This document shows positions 19,012 through 27,526 of a stretch of 32,000 nt of DNA, piece after piece. The notes beneath the pieces were generated by a model. The model had not been told where the DNA came from. It did not search any database and saw only the letters and a list, made by a program, of their open reading frames with translations. The stretch covers positions 810,001 through 842,000 of the forward strand of contig CP064993.1 of assembly GCA_016699955.1 (NCBI GenBank). The letters are read 5' to 3'. How positions within the stretch are numbered: the stretch's first letter is position 1; every line of letters begins with the position of its first letter. Source of the DNA: Candidatus Saccharimonadota bacterium. GTDB taxonomy: Bacteria; Patescibacteriota; Saccharimonadia; Saccharimonadales; UBA4665. Made by a program: the position numbers and the translations under genes.

Positions 19012-19107
19012 ACAAACATAGTAAGCCTTTTTGGTTGGAAGTGCGAATGCTTACAGCGTAACCTGTAAAATGCATGCTTTTAGCACAGCCTATGGACGTA
19101 CCAAGGA

Positions 19108-19569
19108 CTAAGAACTGATGATGGCTGCCGTTCGCTCCATAGCATAGTTGGGCACGCCGTCGGCATGTACGATACGTTTGCCTGTTAGCTCAAAGCCAAG
19201 TTTTTTAAAAAACGGTATTGCTTCACGGCGAGCATCAAGCGTAAAACCAGTAGCGCCACGAGACTGCGCTTTGGTTAGCGCTGCGCTCAGCATTAGTCTG
19301 ACCACGCCCTTACCCCTGGTTGTGGGAACTACTACCATCTTGCGCACCTCATAAATATTAGGTTCAGTTCCGACCAGGTCAAGCCGCACCGTGCCGACAA
19401 CTTCTCCACAGTCAAATGCTGCCATATGAATAGTCTCTTCTGCAAAGTCTTTTGCAGTCAGCTGGTGGTCGGTCTTGATAAGTCGTGCCGTATCAAGCAC
19501 AACGTGCCGTAGTTGCTGCACTTGTGTTAACTCGCTCATGTCTGGCTGGCGTATTTCGATGTTATCCAT
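19108..19569 (-). CDS. GNAT family N-acetyltransferase
   Basis: Acetyl-CoA motif A region VVVPTTRGKGVVRLML. Confidence 0.8.
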   Translation of the reverse strand: MDNIEIRQPDMSELTQVQQLRHVVLDTARLIKTDHQLTAKDFAEETIHMAAFDCGEVVGTVRLDLVGTEPNIYEVRKMVVVPTTRGKGVVRLMLSAALTKAQSRGATGFTLDARREAIPFFKKLGFELTGKRIVHADGVPNYAMERTAAIISS

Positions 19570-19833
19570 ATGTATTTGAAACTACTTTATGCAGTAATTA
19601 TAACAAGCTCGCGCCCGAGAAATTATCAGACAAATACAGACTACCTATAGCGTGAATGCGCCCTGGATAACCCGATAAATATGTACTGCGGGCTCCCGCT
19701 GGTAGACGTACTTCACAACTATTAACTCAAAGGATGGTGAATGCTATTGCGGCTGGATAGATATTAGGTTAGGAAAGCGCCCCCAAGCCCAAGACAAATC
19801 TTCCAACCCGTAAGCCATGTCATTTGGGTCTAA

Positions 19834-20918
19834 CACGCATTTCGCACTTTAACCCCCAACCTGCATAATTAGTAGCAGGGCGTTAGCCCTGCAAAACTAA
19901 GCAGGATAAAATAAACATGTCTCGATCAAAATGTTCTCGCGATCTGTATTGTGCTTTCTTGGAAGTAACAGCAGATAGATATTCAGCATTGTCACTGAGC
20001 GAAGTTGCTCCAGATGGATCGACGCTATCACATGACAGCATCTCTCGTTGGCTTGCAGACGAAAAGGTACAGCCCAAGGATCTGTGGCAGGCTGCTAAGT
20101 CTGAGGTAGCCTCTAAACCTGGTATCCTTGTCTTTGACGATGTAGTCATAGACAAAAGTCGTAGTGGTAAGACTGAATTAGTAAACTGGCAGTATGCCGG
20201 CTCGAAGCACGACATAACTAAAGGTATTGGTGTAGTTAATGCCTTATGGCAAACCAGTAAAGAAGACTACATGCCGATGGACTACCGTATATGGAATCCG
20301 TCGGAAGATGGCAAGACTAAAAACAACCATTTCAGGGATATGCTGACAGCTGTAAAACAGCGTCAACTTACGCCTGAAATGGTTGTTGCCGACAGTTGGT
20401 ATTCCAGTTTAGATAACCTTAAAGCCACTCGCTCTCATGGCTGGGATTGGGTGATGGGGTTACGTAGTAACCGTTTGGTCAACAAACCACATGTACAGAT
20501 TAAAACCCTCGAGATACCAGATGAAGGTCTGGTCGTACACCTCAAAGGATACGGATGGATCAAGCTATTCCGGTTCGTGACCAAACACGGTCGCACGGAT
20601 TACATTGGTACTAGCAAGCTCGATCTATCCAGGAGCCAAGTCAAAGAGTACTTTGAAAGACGTTGGAGCGTCGAAGTGTTGCATCGTGAACTCAAACAAA
20701 CCTGTGGTTTTACTCGCTGTCTGGCCAACACTGGCCGAGCACAGAGAAACCACATTGGGCTCTCTATGCTCACCTGGATACAAAGACACAAGAGAAGATC
20801 TCAGGACAGGCTAAACAATATACAAAACAGCATGTACCAACAAAAGTGGGAGGTCATAAAACCGAGCATCCAGCTAGCGCTGGCTGCTCGTATGCGTGGT
20901 TAAGGTGCGAAATGCGTG
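19834..20918 (+). mobile_element. IS element copy 2 (1085 bp), inverted relative to copy 1
   Basis: Same inverted repeats, non-coding ends and ORF translations in several frames as copy 1. Flanks TCTAA and TTCTA are not a direct repeat. Confidence 0.9.
19917..20903 (+). CDS. DDE transposase (IS4/IS701-like)
   Basis: 328 aa, identical to the 1523-2509 product. Confidence 0.85.
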   Translation: MSRSKCSRDLYCAFLEVTADRYSALSLSEVAPDGSTLSHDSISRWLADEKVQPKDLWQAAKSEVASKPGILVFDDVVIDKSRSGKTELVNWQYAGSKHDITKGIGVVNALWQTSKEDYMPMDYRIWNPSEDGKTKNNHFRDMLTAVKQRQLTPEMVVADSWYSSLDNLKATRSHGWDWVMGLRSNRLVNKPHVQIKTLEIPDEGLVVHLKGYGWIKLFRFVTKHGRTDYIGTSKLDLSRSQVKEYFERRWSVEVLHRELKQTCGFTRCLANTGRAQRNHIGLSMLTWIQRHKRRSQDRLNNIQNSMYQQKWEVIKPSIQLALAARMRG

Positions 20919-21359
20919 TTCTATAAAGATGATATAGCCAAAAATGACGAAATATTCTTACCTGCCGGTAAGGGCCGCACGGCATTTGTAGATGTCCGTG
21001 ATATTGGTGCAGTCGCTGCAGAAGTGTTTACTGGCACTGACCATATTGGCCAGGCATATACGCTGTCAGGCTCAGAGTCGCTTGATTACTACCGGGTTGC
21101 AGAGCTACTAAGTAGCGAACTAGGGCGAACGATTACATATCAAAATCCTTCTGTGGCATATTATGTAGAACGCCTACGTGCGAACGGCTCACCGGCAGAA
21201 TTTATTAAAGTGCAAAAAATGCTCTATTTTGTCGTTAGGCACAACTTTTCATCAGGTACGAAAAGCGACATAGCAAAGCTTATAGGCCGAGAACCGACAG
21301 CTTTTAAACAATTTGCGCACGACTATGCTCATATTTGGGCAAACAATACCAGCAACTAG
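20919..21359 (+). pseudogene. C-terminal half of an NmrA-like / atypical SDR NAD(P)-binding protein, 5' part missing
   Basis: The frame opens exactly at the IS boundary (the track start GTG lies inside the IS end). No Rossmann GxxGxxG N-terminus is present anywhere in the window. Confidence 0.7.
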
Positions 21360-21558
21360 ATAACCGAGGCATTCCGGTCCAGGGAAAGGGTTTGCTTTTG
21401 AGGGGCTGGGTTAGAACTAAGTCACAGGGGGGAAATGAAAGAACCGCCATTTCTGACGGTTCCGGGGATTACTTGGTAACGGCTGATTTTTTAAGGCGTT
21501 CTAGCACGCTATTCATGGAAGTTTTTAAAACGGTTTGCAGCTGAGGAGGAGCTACAAA

Positions 21559-22332
21559 CTATCCTTTTTTTACTTGTTTCTTAGATTTTAGGAAATCTGC
21601 AGCGCTGTCGATAAGAAAAAGGCTCACGTCGTCCCGCGTCTCCCCTGAGTCATGAAACGGTGTACTGACAATTCCGATTAGTATCATAATGTAGATCAAC
21701 ACAAAACTTATGATGCCTATGATGGCTAAGCTTCCGTAGAAAGGATCAACGTTAGTTAATATTAAAAGACCAATTACGAAAAAAACAATCGACTTCAGCA
21801 GAATACTGGCAGACGGAATGAACTTAATACGTTGAATGTAAGTAACTCGTTTACGATGACGTAACAATAGTAACTGTTGTTGCTTAAGTTTAACTATGAA
21901 ATTCGCAGGTACTCCGGCTTTTTCCATTTGTCCAAAATAAGGATTTAAGGCTCGAATTTTTGAGCTCATTCCTCTAGCTGCATTGCGTGTATCGTCTTCA
22001 AACTTGAACGCAACTTTTTGTAGTTGTGCCCGGAAACCCTCTAAGTCAAATTTTGGATATGATTTATGAATTTCCTCTGCGTCTGCGTACATATCTTCAA
22101 TATTAGCTGCAAATTCTGCTGGAATACGTTCGGATTCTTTGTAGTCTGCAATAGTCGCTGAAAGTAAAAAACCAATTACAAATGTAGCACTTGAAATAAC
22201 TCCATTGTGTAGCGAGCTTTGTTCAATTGGTTCCCAGCCAAAAGCATGAAAGCAGTATTTAACCCCAACAATCACAATCGCTGAAATTATTGATACAAAA
22301 AAGATTTTTAAATCTGTAAGTTTTTGAAACAT
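21559..22332 (-). CDS. Hypothetical membrane protein (two N-terminal and two C-terminal hydrophobic helices)
   Basis: 257-aa ORF, AT-rich. Its topology was read from hydrophobic stretches. Confidence 0.6.
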   Translation of the reverse strand: MFQKLTDLKIFFVSIISAIVIVGVKYCFHAFGWEPIEQSSLHNGVISSATFVIGFLLSATIADYKESERIPAEFAANIEDMYADAEEIHKSYPKFDLEGFRAQLQKVAFKFEDDTRNAARGMSSKIRALNPYFGQMEKAGVPANFIVKLKQQQLLLLRHRKRVTYIQRIKFIPSASILLKSIVFFVIGLLILTNVDPFYGSLAIIGIISFVLIYIMILIGIVSTPFHDSGETRDDVSLFLIDSAADFLKSKKQVKKG

Positions 22333-22583
22333 TTTATTCTTATAATTATACAGGCAAACTCATCACATTTTACTAAAGAATTATACAAATGCAGTTGAAG
22401 GCGGTGGAACTGGAGGAAAAGACCTGAGTAATCTATCAGCAGGTAGCATGGTAGTGGCTAAAGCCATCTTCATCTTATTCTAAAAGAATACCACATAAAT
22501 GATGCTGTATTTTCTTAACTGCACCTCACCGAATCAACTTCGGTTCCCAGCAGTCTGGTTCGCGTCCAGGGCTGGAAGTAAAT

Positions 22584-22607
22584 AAAAAAGCCTCACAAAT
22601 GTGAGGC
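22584..22607 (-). terminator. Intrinsic terminator after Fic cassette
   Basis: GCCTCAC-AAAT-GTGAGGC, followed on the minus strand by a T6 run. Confidence 0.7.
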
Positions 22608-22616
22608 AACTTTATT

Positions 22617-22646
22617 TGGCACGCAACAATATACGGAATTATAACC
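22617..22646 (-). repeat. 30-nt cassette-end box, copy 1 (GGTTATAATTCCGTATATTGTTGCGTGCCA)
   Basis: Aligns without gaps to the other eight boxes. Lies 63 nt after the Fic stop and is followed by a terminator. Confidence 0.6.
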
Positions 22647-22709
22647 GTTATTAATCTAGAGTTTGCTTGCTTTTAGGGTAAATTGCATTGCCGACAAACG
22701 TACTTAATA

Positions 22710-23261
22710 CTATTCCTTATAGTTGTCTGGCTCTTCGTAATAGTACGATTGTTCTATACCTTTCATGAATACTTCCCGATCATCGATTTTGTCGGTTAAT
22801 GCTGTGCGTAGTAGCTCACGAATCTCTAAATCATTCACAGGACTGCGCTCCATAGCGTTTAAGTAGTCGTTTTTATTGATTTTTTCCCAGTCAATACACT
22901 GTTTCAGATTTTTCTTGAATATCAAATCTAGCCAGATACGCGTACTACGTCCGTTGCCTTCCATGAAAGGATGCGCTATATTCATTTCTACGTATTTTTT
23001 AACAATCTCTTCAAAAGTCGTTTCTGGCATTTTATCTATTTCGGCAAGGCCACTAACCAAATAAACGGCGGATGCAAATGTAAAGCCACCTTTGCTAATG
23101 TGCTTGGAACGAATTTTCCCAGCAAAGTCGTATAGACCACCAAAAAGATACTCGTGAATTTGTCGTAAACCATTTATTGTGCCGACCTCAAAAGCCGACA
23201 AGTCCGAGCTACCAAAGAGTTCTACGGCCCGCTGTTTGCTTATTTCGTCAATGTTTGGCAT
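22710..23261 (-). CDS. Fic family protein, class III-like (C-terminal inhibitory helix)
   Basis: Fic motif [12 protein letters not shown]. About 183 aa from ATG 23261. C-terminal [10 protein letters not shown] carries an SxxxE inhibitory-type motif. Confidence 0.9.
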   Translation of the reverse strand: MPNIDEISKQRAVELFGSSDLSAFEVGTINGLRQIHEYLFGGLYDFAGKIRSKHISKGGFTFASAVYLVSGLAEIDKMPETTFEEIVKKYVEMNIAHPFMEGNGRSTRIWLDLIFKKNLKQCIDWEKINKNDYLNAMERSPVNDLEIRELLRTALTDKIDDREVFMKGIEQSYYYEEPDNYKE

Positions 23262-23267
23262 GACTAA

Positions 23268-23276
23268 ATTATAGCA
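23268..23276 (-). promoter_or_regulatory. Extended -10 TGCTATAAT, 6 nt before ATG 23261 (leaderless)
   Basis: Read on the minus strand: TTGTGCTATAAT-TTAGTC-ATG. Confidence 0.55.
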
Positions 23277-23500
23277 CAAAACGGCGGATTATTTATAAGA
23301 TCAACCCCTGTTAAAATGGCAACATCAAAGAAATTGAAACAAGTTATAGTCATTACTAAATCCAAGAAAATCTAGACAATAAAGTAGTGTTTACCCTATA
23401 ATACAGTCTGTAAAAGACGCATACGGGACTGAATCTGACCCAGAGGCGTCTTTTCTGATTAGTTGGAGTTGTGTTGATTTCATTTCCAGACCGCCTATAT

Positions 23501-23531
23501 AAAAAGTCAGAACCGAATTATCAGTTCTGAC
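23501..23531 (-). terminator. Intrinsic terminator after SDR cassette (GTCAGAAC hairpin family)
   Basis: GTCAGAAC-N10-GTTCTGAC with a T5 run on the minus strand. Confidence 0.7.
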
Positions 23532-23543
23532 TTTATCTTTTTT

Positions 23544-23573
23544 AGCTCGGCTCTGCGATACGTCTCTCGAACT
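23544..23573 (-). repeat. 30-nt cassette-end box, copy 2 (AGTTCGAGAGACGTATCGCAGAGCCGAGCT), diverged
   Basis: Lies 6 nt after the SDR stop, in the same position relative to a terminator as the other boxes. Confidence 0.45.
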
Positions 23574-23579
23574 TTTTTG

Positions 23580-24323
23580 CTACTGATTTAAATCGTTGTA
23601 GCGATGTTCGTATTCACCAGTAGCAACCGCATCAGTAAAATATTTCACTCGCTCTACTTGTATTTCATCTATTTCAGGATTGTTTTCAAGTAAATTTGTT
23701 ACTTCGGTAATGAAATCAGCAAGGGGCATAGCGTTGGGGTCGTTAGCTTGTTCTGGACTGATTAGTTCAGTTTGTACATAAGGCGGAATAAGCTCGATGA
23801 CTTGAATGCCACTATTTTTTAGCTGTGTACGAAGAGACTGCGTGTAAGAGTGTATTGCAGCTTTTGTTGCGCAGTACGATGGAAAGCTTGCACCTGGGAT
23901 AAATGCTAATCCCGAAGAAACAGTAACTATTACAGCGTCGTTGTTACCCTCAAGAATTGGAAGCAATTTAGAATTTAACTCCATCTGCCCGATTAAGTTA
24001 GTGGCGATTATGGACTTTGCAGTCTGTATATCATTGTCACCAATCTTTTCTGCTTTCATCATTCCGGCATTGAGTATCAGTACATTGAGATCAGGGTATT
24101 TTTCATATACTTGAGCGACTAGGGCATCTATTGATTCGCTAGTTGTAACATCGAGCTCTAAAGTCTCCATGCCCTCGTTAGCTTTAGCGACTTCCTCAAG
24201 TCTTGCCTTGTTTCGTCCCGCAATGATAACTTTATTACCTTTACGATGGAACATTTCGGCCAAACCTTTCCCAATTCCAGAGCCACCGCCAGTAATTAAG
24301 ATTGTATTTTTAAACATTTTCAT
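23580..24323 (-). CDS. Short-chain dehydrogenase/reductase (classical SDR)
   Basis: TGGGSGIG cofactor motif, NAG motif, catalytic YCATK. Confidence 0.9.
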   Translation of the reverse strand: MKMFKNTILITGGGSGIGKGLAEMFHRKGNKVIIAGRNKARLEEVAKANEGMETLELDVTTSESIDALVAQVYEKYPDLNVLILNAGMMKAEKIGDNDIQTAKSIIATNLIGQMELNSKLLPILEGNNDAVIVTVSSGLAFIPGASFPSYCATKAAIHSYTQSLRTQLKNSGIQVIELIPPYVQTELISPEQANDPNAMPLADFITEVTNLLENNPEIDEIQVERVKYFTDAVATGEYEHRYNDLNQ

Positions 24324-24329
24324 ACTTTT

Positions 24330-24338
24330 ATTTTAGCA
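24330..24338 (-). promoter_or_regulatory. Extended -10 TGCTAAAAT, 6 nt before ATG 24323 (leaderless)
   Basis: Minus strand reads TTGTGCTAAAAT-AAAAGT-ATG. It shares the TTGTGCTA prefix with the Fic promoter. Confidence 0.55.
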
Positions 24339-24481
24339 CAATCACCGATGGGCTAGATGCTCTTGTCTGTATATGGCGCACAACTAAAGACAGGTCGTGG
24401 GTACAGGTCTGTTCTTGGGGTACCTGGTTGCCATATAGGGAAATGGTTACTGACGAAACGCACCATCAGGGGTAATAAATC

Positions 24482-24503
24482 AAAAACCGTCCTTTCGGAC
24501 GGT
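24482..24503 (-). terminator. Intrinsic terminator inside long spacer module L1
   Basis: ACCGTCC-TTTC-GGACGGT with a T5 run on the minus strand. Confidence 0.6.
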
Positions 24504-24610
24504 TCTGATGGTTTTGGTCAGTTGTTAAAGCTGACATTCTTCTTGTCTGACCAAGGAGTTAATGTGGGAACAGGTCACGGAACCTGGTCACTACTTTTCA
24601 CTGCTTGGTT

Positions 24611-24640
24611 TGGCTCCTCGCAATAGAGGAAGTTATGACT
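24611..24640 (-). repeat. 30-nt cassette-end box, copy 3 (AGTCATAACTTCCTCTATTGCGAGGAGCCA)
   Basis: Lies 47 nt after the stop at 24688. Confidence 0.65.
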
Positions 24641-24687
24641 GTAATTAAGAGGGATTATTCTGGAGTACTATAAAGACACTTCGCAAC

Positions 24688-25066
24688 CTACGTTTCGAGA
24701 TATTGCAATGGAACCGCAGCATGCTGGTCTTCTGTAAACCGATGGCCATTATCAATTGATAAAGTTGGATCGATTCCTATCGCGTAGCCGGGGTTTCGCG
24801 ATATGAGATTTGCTGCTTCTGCCGCTACGCATATTTTAGTGTAAGCATCAAGTACTACTGCTCCTCCGCGCTTTTTTAGCAGTGCGTCCTTATAAGCGAT
24901 TTCCTTCCGTAATATGTCAAGCGGCTTTTTGATGTCAGGAAAGAGTATAAGGCTGACATAATCGCCAAAAGTATTCAAAAACGGATCCGAGTCTAAGGCC
25001 TTTCGCCTCGTTTGTGTATCCGCCCAAAGATCGGGTGCGCCGGGACCGCTGAAATATAGGTTTTGC
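24688..25066 (-). pseudogene. 3' part of a 175-codon cassette gene split by the IS at 25067-26174
   Basis: The frame is open up to the IS boundary. It joins in frame to 26175-26331 once the IS and one GGTTTTGC copy are removed. Confidence 0.7.
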
Positions 25067-26174
25067 GGCTTAAGACCAAAATCTGGTTGCTGCTAAAGCT
25101 TTAAAACAAGGCCAAAACAAATACGGACAGGCTCGCCTCATGTATTCTTGTAGTTGCAAAACTAAGTAAGGAAAAAACTAATGAGAGCTAAGCACTGTCC
25201 GTATTTCAATTGTACCAACGTTAAGAAAAATGGGGTGAGAAATAGCAAGCAAAGATACTACTGCTGTTCCTGCGAGGCGTCTTGGATTAACAAAGCTCGA
25301 CCGATTCGTAGCCTTAACAAACTGTGGGATCAATATGCATTTGATGGTCTGACGGTAGCAAAATTAGCTCGTAATTGCAGTAAAAGCAGAGGCTATATCC
25401 AGACCAGACTAAACGCCTATGTCCCTTTACCCATAACTCAAAAACCTCATACCGTAGCCGTCATCATGGATGTTACCTACTTTGGCAGCTGGGGCATTTT
25501 GGTTGTCATCGATCCATACGCGAACACAAGCTTAGGAGAGAACGTCGTATTGTACTACGCAGAGGTTGAAGGCACTGAAAAGACCCGTGACTACGTGATC
25601 GCAACAGATACGGTCGAGGCTATGGGCTACAGTATCATTGCTGCTACGATTGACGGCAGACGAGGAGTGCGGAACATGCTTGAATCCAAAGGCATACCCG
25701 TCCAGCATTGTCAGTTTCATCAGCTCATGACCATTACCCAATGTCTGACGAAGCGACCCAGACTGACTCAGAACATCGAGCTGCGAGCCATTGCTCTGAC
25801 ACTCAGTAGAACGGGCGAGATGGCGTTTGAAGAGGCTCTGGCCGGTTGGTACAGCAAACACGGCGAATGGCTCAAGGAACGCGATGCAGTCACGGGAAAG
25901 TTCTCGCATGAACGTACCAGACGAGCCTACTTTAGTTTGATTAGGAATCTACCCTATTTGTTCACCTTCCGGCATGATTATCTACAAGAATACACTCAGC
26001 AGACCGGCAAGCAAATCGCCAATACAACCAGCCCATTAGACGGCAGATTTGGAGTCTGGAAAGACAGACTCATACCCCACAGAGGGTGCTCAAAAAGGCG
26101 TACTTTTATATTGCTTTGTAGTTTCTTCTCTAGAACAACAGATTAGGGTAGCAACCGAAAAATGGTCTTAAGCC
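25067..26174 (+). mobile_element. IS element (1108 bp), zinc-ribbon DDE transposase, IS1/IS1595-like
   Basis: 12-bp perfect terminal inverted repeat GGCTTAAGACCA. An 8-bp direct repeat GGTTTTGC flanks it at 25059-25066 and 26175-26182. Confidence 0.85.
25181..26146 (+). CDS. Transposase with N-terminal zinc ribbon (IS1 InsA-like / IS1595-like)
   Basis: CPYFNC...NGVRNSKQRYYCCSCEASW zinc-ribbon pattern, followed by VIMDVTYF and ATIDGRRG acidic motifs. Confidence 0.8.
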   Translation: MRAKHCPYFNCTNVKKNGVRNSKQRYYCCSCEASWINKARPIRSLNKLWDQYAFDGLTVAKLARNCSKSRGYIQTRLNAYVPLPITQKPHTVAVIMDVTYFGSWGILVVIDPYANTSLGENVVLYYAEVEGTEKTRDYVIATDTVEAMGYSIIAATIDGRRGVRNMLESKGIPVQHCQFHQLMTITQCLTKRPRLTQNIELRAIALTLSRTGEMAFEEALAGWYSKHGEWLKERDAVTGKFSHERTRRAYFSLIRNLPYLFTFRHDYLQEYTQQTGKQIANTTSPLDGRFGVWKDRLIPHRGCSKRRTFILLCSFFSRTTD

Positions 26175-26331
26175 GGTTTTGCTGATAAATTACGGGATTG
26201 CCACGTGCCAGAGTTCTGTGCAGTTTCTCCGACAGGTACTCATAATAACCCGCTGGCATTGAGGCCGATGGCCTATGTACACCAGTCTCAAGATCATAAA
26301 CGCCATTCACATGCTTAACAACAGCCAACAT
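26175..26331 (-). pseudogene. 5' part (52 codons) of the cassette gene split by the IS
   Basis: MLAVVKH...GNPVIYQQN, then the reading runs into the IS end and stops after 10 IS-encoded codons. Confidence 0.7.
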
Positions 26332-26338
26332 ACATAAT

Positions 26339-26347
26339 AAAATACCA
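26339..26347 (-). promoter_or_regulatory. Extended -10-like TGGTATTTT, 7 nt before ATG 26331
   Basis: Overlaps the 3' arm of the preceding terminator hairpin (ATACCAC/GTGGTAT). Confidence 0.35.
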
Positions 26348-26370
26348 CATTAAGTGGTATTTGTAAATAT

Positions 26371-26547
26371 CTTGGCTCCGGGGACTGGGTCGCTACGCTC
26401 TTCCGCTCAATAGTGCTCGAAGCAAGCTTCTGCGCGCTATATCGCTACACCGAACTAGTGACCACGCTCACGTTGTTCGCTTGTCGCTAGGTCAAACTCA
26501 ATCTCGAGATCCAAATTAAAACCGCCTCATTCGAGACGGTCATAATT
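26371..26547 (-). repeat. Structured spacer module A
   Basis: The first 85 nt are identical to module C (28197-28281). On the minus strand it ends in CCCCGGAGCCAAG. Confidence 0.8.
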
Positions 26548-26577
26548 TGGCTCACAACGATAGAGGAAGTTATAACC
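26548..26577 (-). repeat. 30-nt cassette-end box, copy 4 (GGTTATAACTTCCTCTATCGTTGTGAGCCA)
   Basis: Lies 32 nt after the stop at 26610. Confidence 0.75.
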
Positions 26578-26609
26578 ACAATTAAGCAAGACTCATATGC
26601 ATAAAATTC

Positions 26610-27236
26610 TTAGTCGAACCAGTGCTTGTGCATCTCTGACATGAATTCCTTTGTAATCGGAAAACCAGATTTGTCACCAATAACAGAATCAATCCCGCAC
26701 TTGGGGCATAGCGCGCAGTCATTATCATCGACCCATTCTTCGATTTTGTTGGGTGTGAATATATCTCCACAATAGAAACAGCCACATTCTTTGCTGGCGA
26801 GAACCTCTTCCCAATGCCTGGCGGTGTGCGTATGGGCCTCACGAATGTCTTTAGGCATAGCGGATTTCGCAGTTTCTAGTTGTTGGATTAGCTCGTCAAA
26901 CTCTTCTTGTTCTTTTTGTGAAATAGGTTGATCGGTCAACGAGGGAGTTTCCTTGGGTAGGGGTTTGCGTGTGTGGGATGCCATATCCTGACTACATGCC
27001 CCAAATGTCCTAAAGTTCTTCTTTGCTTGATTTAAGGTAAGTCCGTGATTTGGGCCGTAACATGGTTCGTCTGGGTTCTTTTGATGATCATCGTCTATAC
27101 TGTCGTCTTCCCGGAAACACACAGGGCATATATCATACATGCCCTTATGAGCGGCATCTATGGTAAGAAAACCGCATACTTCACATGCGGCACGGTTCTT
27201 AATATTAGGAGCTTTGGCACGCTTGAACCAGTTCAT
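26610..27236 (-). CDS. Cysteine-rich fusion protein: N-terminal CPCC-type domain plus C-terminal CxxC...CxxC zinc-ribbon domain
   Basis: CEVCGF...YDICPVCFREDD...GPNHGLTLNQAKKNF at the N-terminus, and CGCFYCGDIF...EWVDDNDCALCPKCGIDSVIG at the C-terminus. Confidence 0.75.
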   Translation of the reverse strand: MNWFKRAKAPNIKNRAACEVCGFLTIDAAHKGMYDICPVCFREDDSIDDDHQKNPDEPCYGPNHGLTLNQAKKNFRTFGACSQDMASHTRKPLPKETPSLTDQPISQKEQEEFDELIQQLETAKSAMPKDIREAHTHTARHWEEVLASKECGCFYCGDIFTPNKIEEWVDDNDCALCPKCGIDSVIGDKSGFPITKEFMSEMHKHWFD

Positions 27237-27242
27237 AAATGT

Positions 27243-27251
27243 AGTATAACA
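27243..27251 (-). promoter_or_regulatory. Extended -10 TGTTATACT, 6 nt before ATG 27236 (leaderless)
   Basis: Minus strand reads CTGTTATACT-ACATTT-ATG. Confidence 0.5.
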
Positions 27252-27281
27252 GTTCTAACGTTGCAGGCTCAGCTTACCCCA

Positions 27282-27321
27282 AACCAAACTAACAGAGACT
27301 TTCGTCTCTGTTAGTTTGGTT
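27282..27321. terminator. 18-bp perfect hairpin (AACCAAACTAACAGAGAC / GTCTCTGTTAGTTTGGTT, loop TTTC)
   Basis: Exact reverse complement arms, located directly after module B on the minus strand. Confidence 0.6.
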
Positions 27322-27326
27322 CTAAC

Positions 27327-27492
27327 CTTGGCTCGGGGGACTGGGCAGCACACACTAATCTATGCGCCGAGTAAACTCGGGCATTAGTCTAATGACCGAA
27401 CCCAGCGGCCTGACTCCGCTTTGCGGAGTGGTCGCAGGTTAAAGCCAGTCTCAAAGCAAGAAAAAACGAGCCCAAAAGGACTCGTCTTTTCT
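27327..27492 (-). repeat. Structured spacer module B
   Basis: Its last ~63 nt are part of an 81-nt run (27430-27510) identical to 28309-28389; the run continues 18 nt into the adjacent box. On the minus strand the module ends in CCCCCGAGCCAAG. Confidence 0.8.
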
Positions 27493-27522
27493 TGGCTCAC
27501 AACGATAGAGCAAGTCATAACT
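27493..27522 (-). repeat. 30-nt cassette-end box, copy 5 (AGTTATGACTTGCTCTATCGTTGTGAGCCA)
   Basis: Lies 4 nt after the stop at 27527. Confidence 0.75.
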
Positions 27523-27526
27523 GCGA

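Noticed and set aside
1508-20918. Composite transposon formed by the two IS copies
   Set aside because: Copy 1 carries its own intact 5-bp duplication, and the outer flanks (AAATC versus TTCTA) do not match. The cargo is ordinary housekeeping genes. Independent insertions, with a rearrangement at copy 2, fit better.
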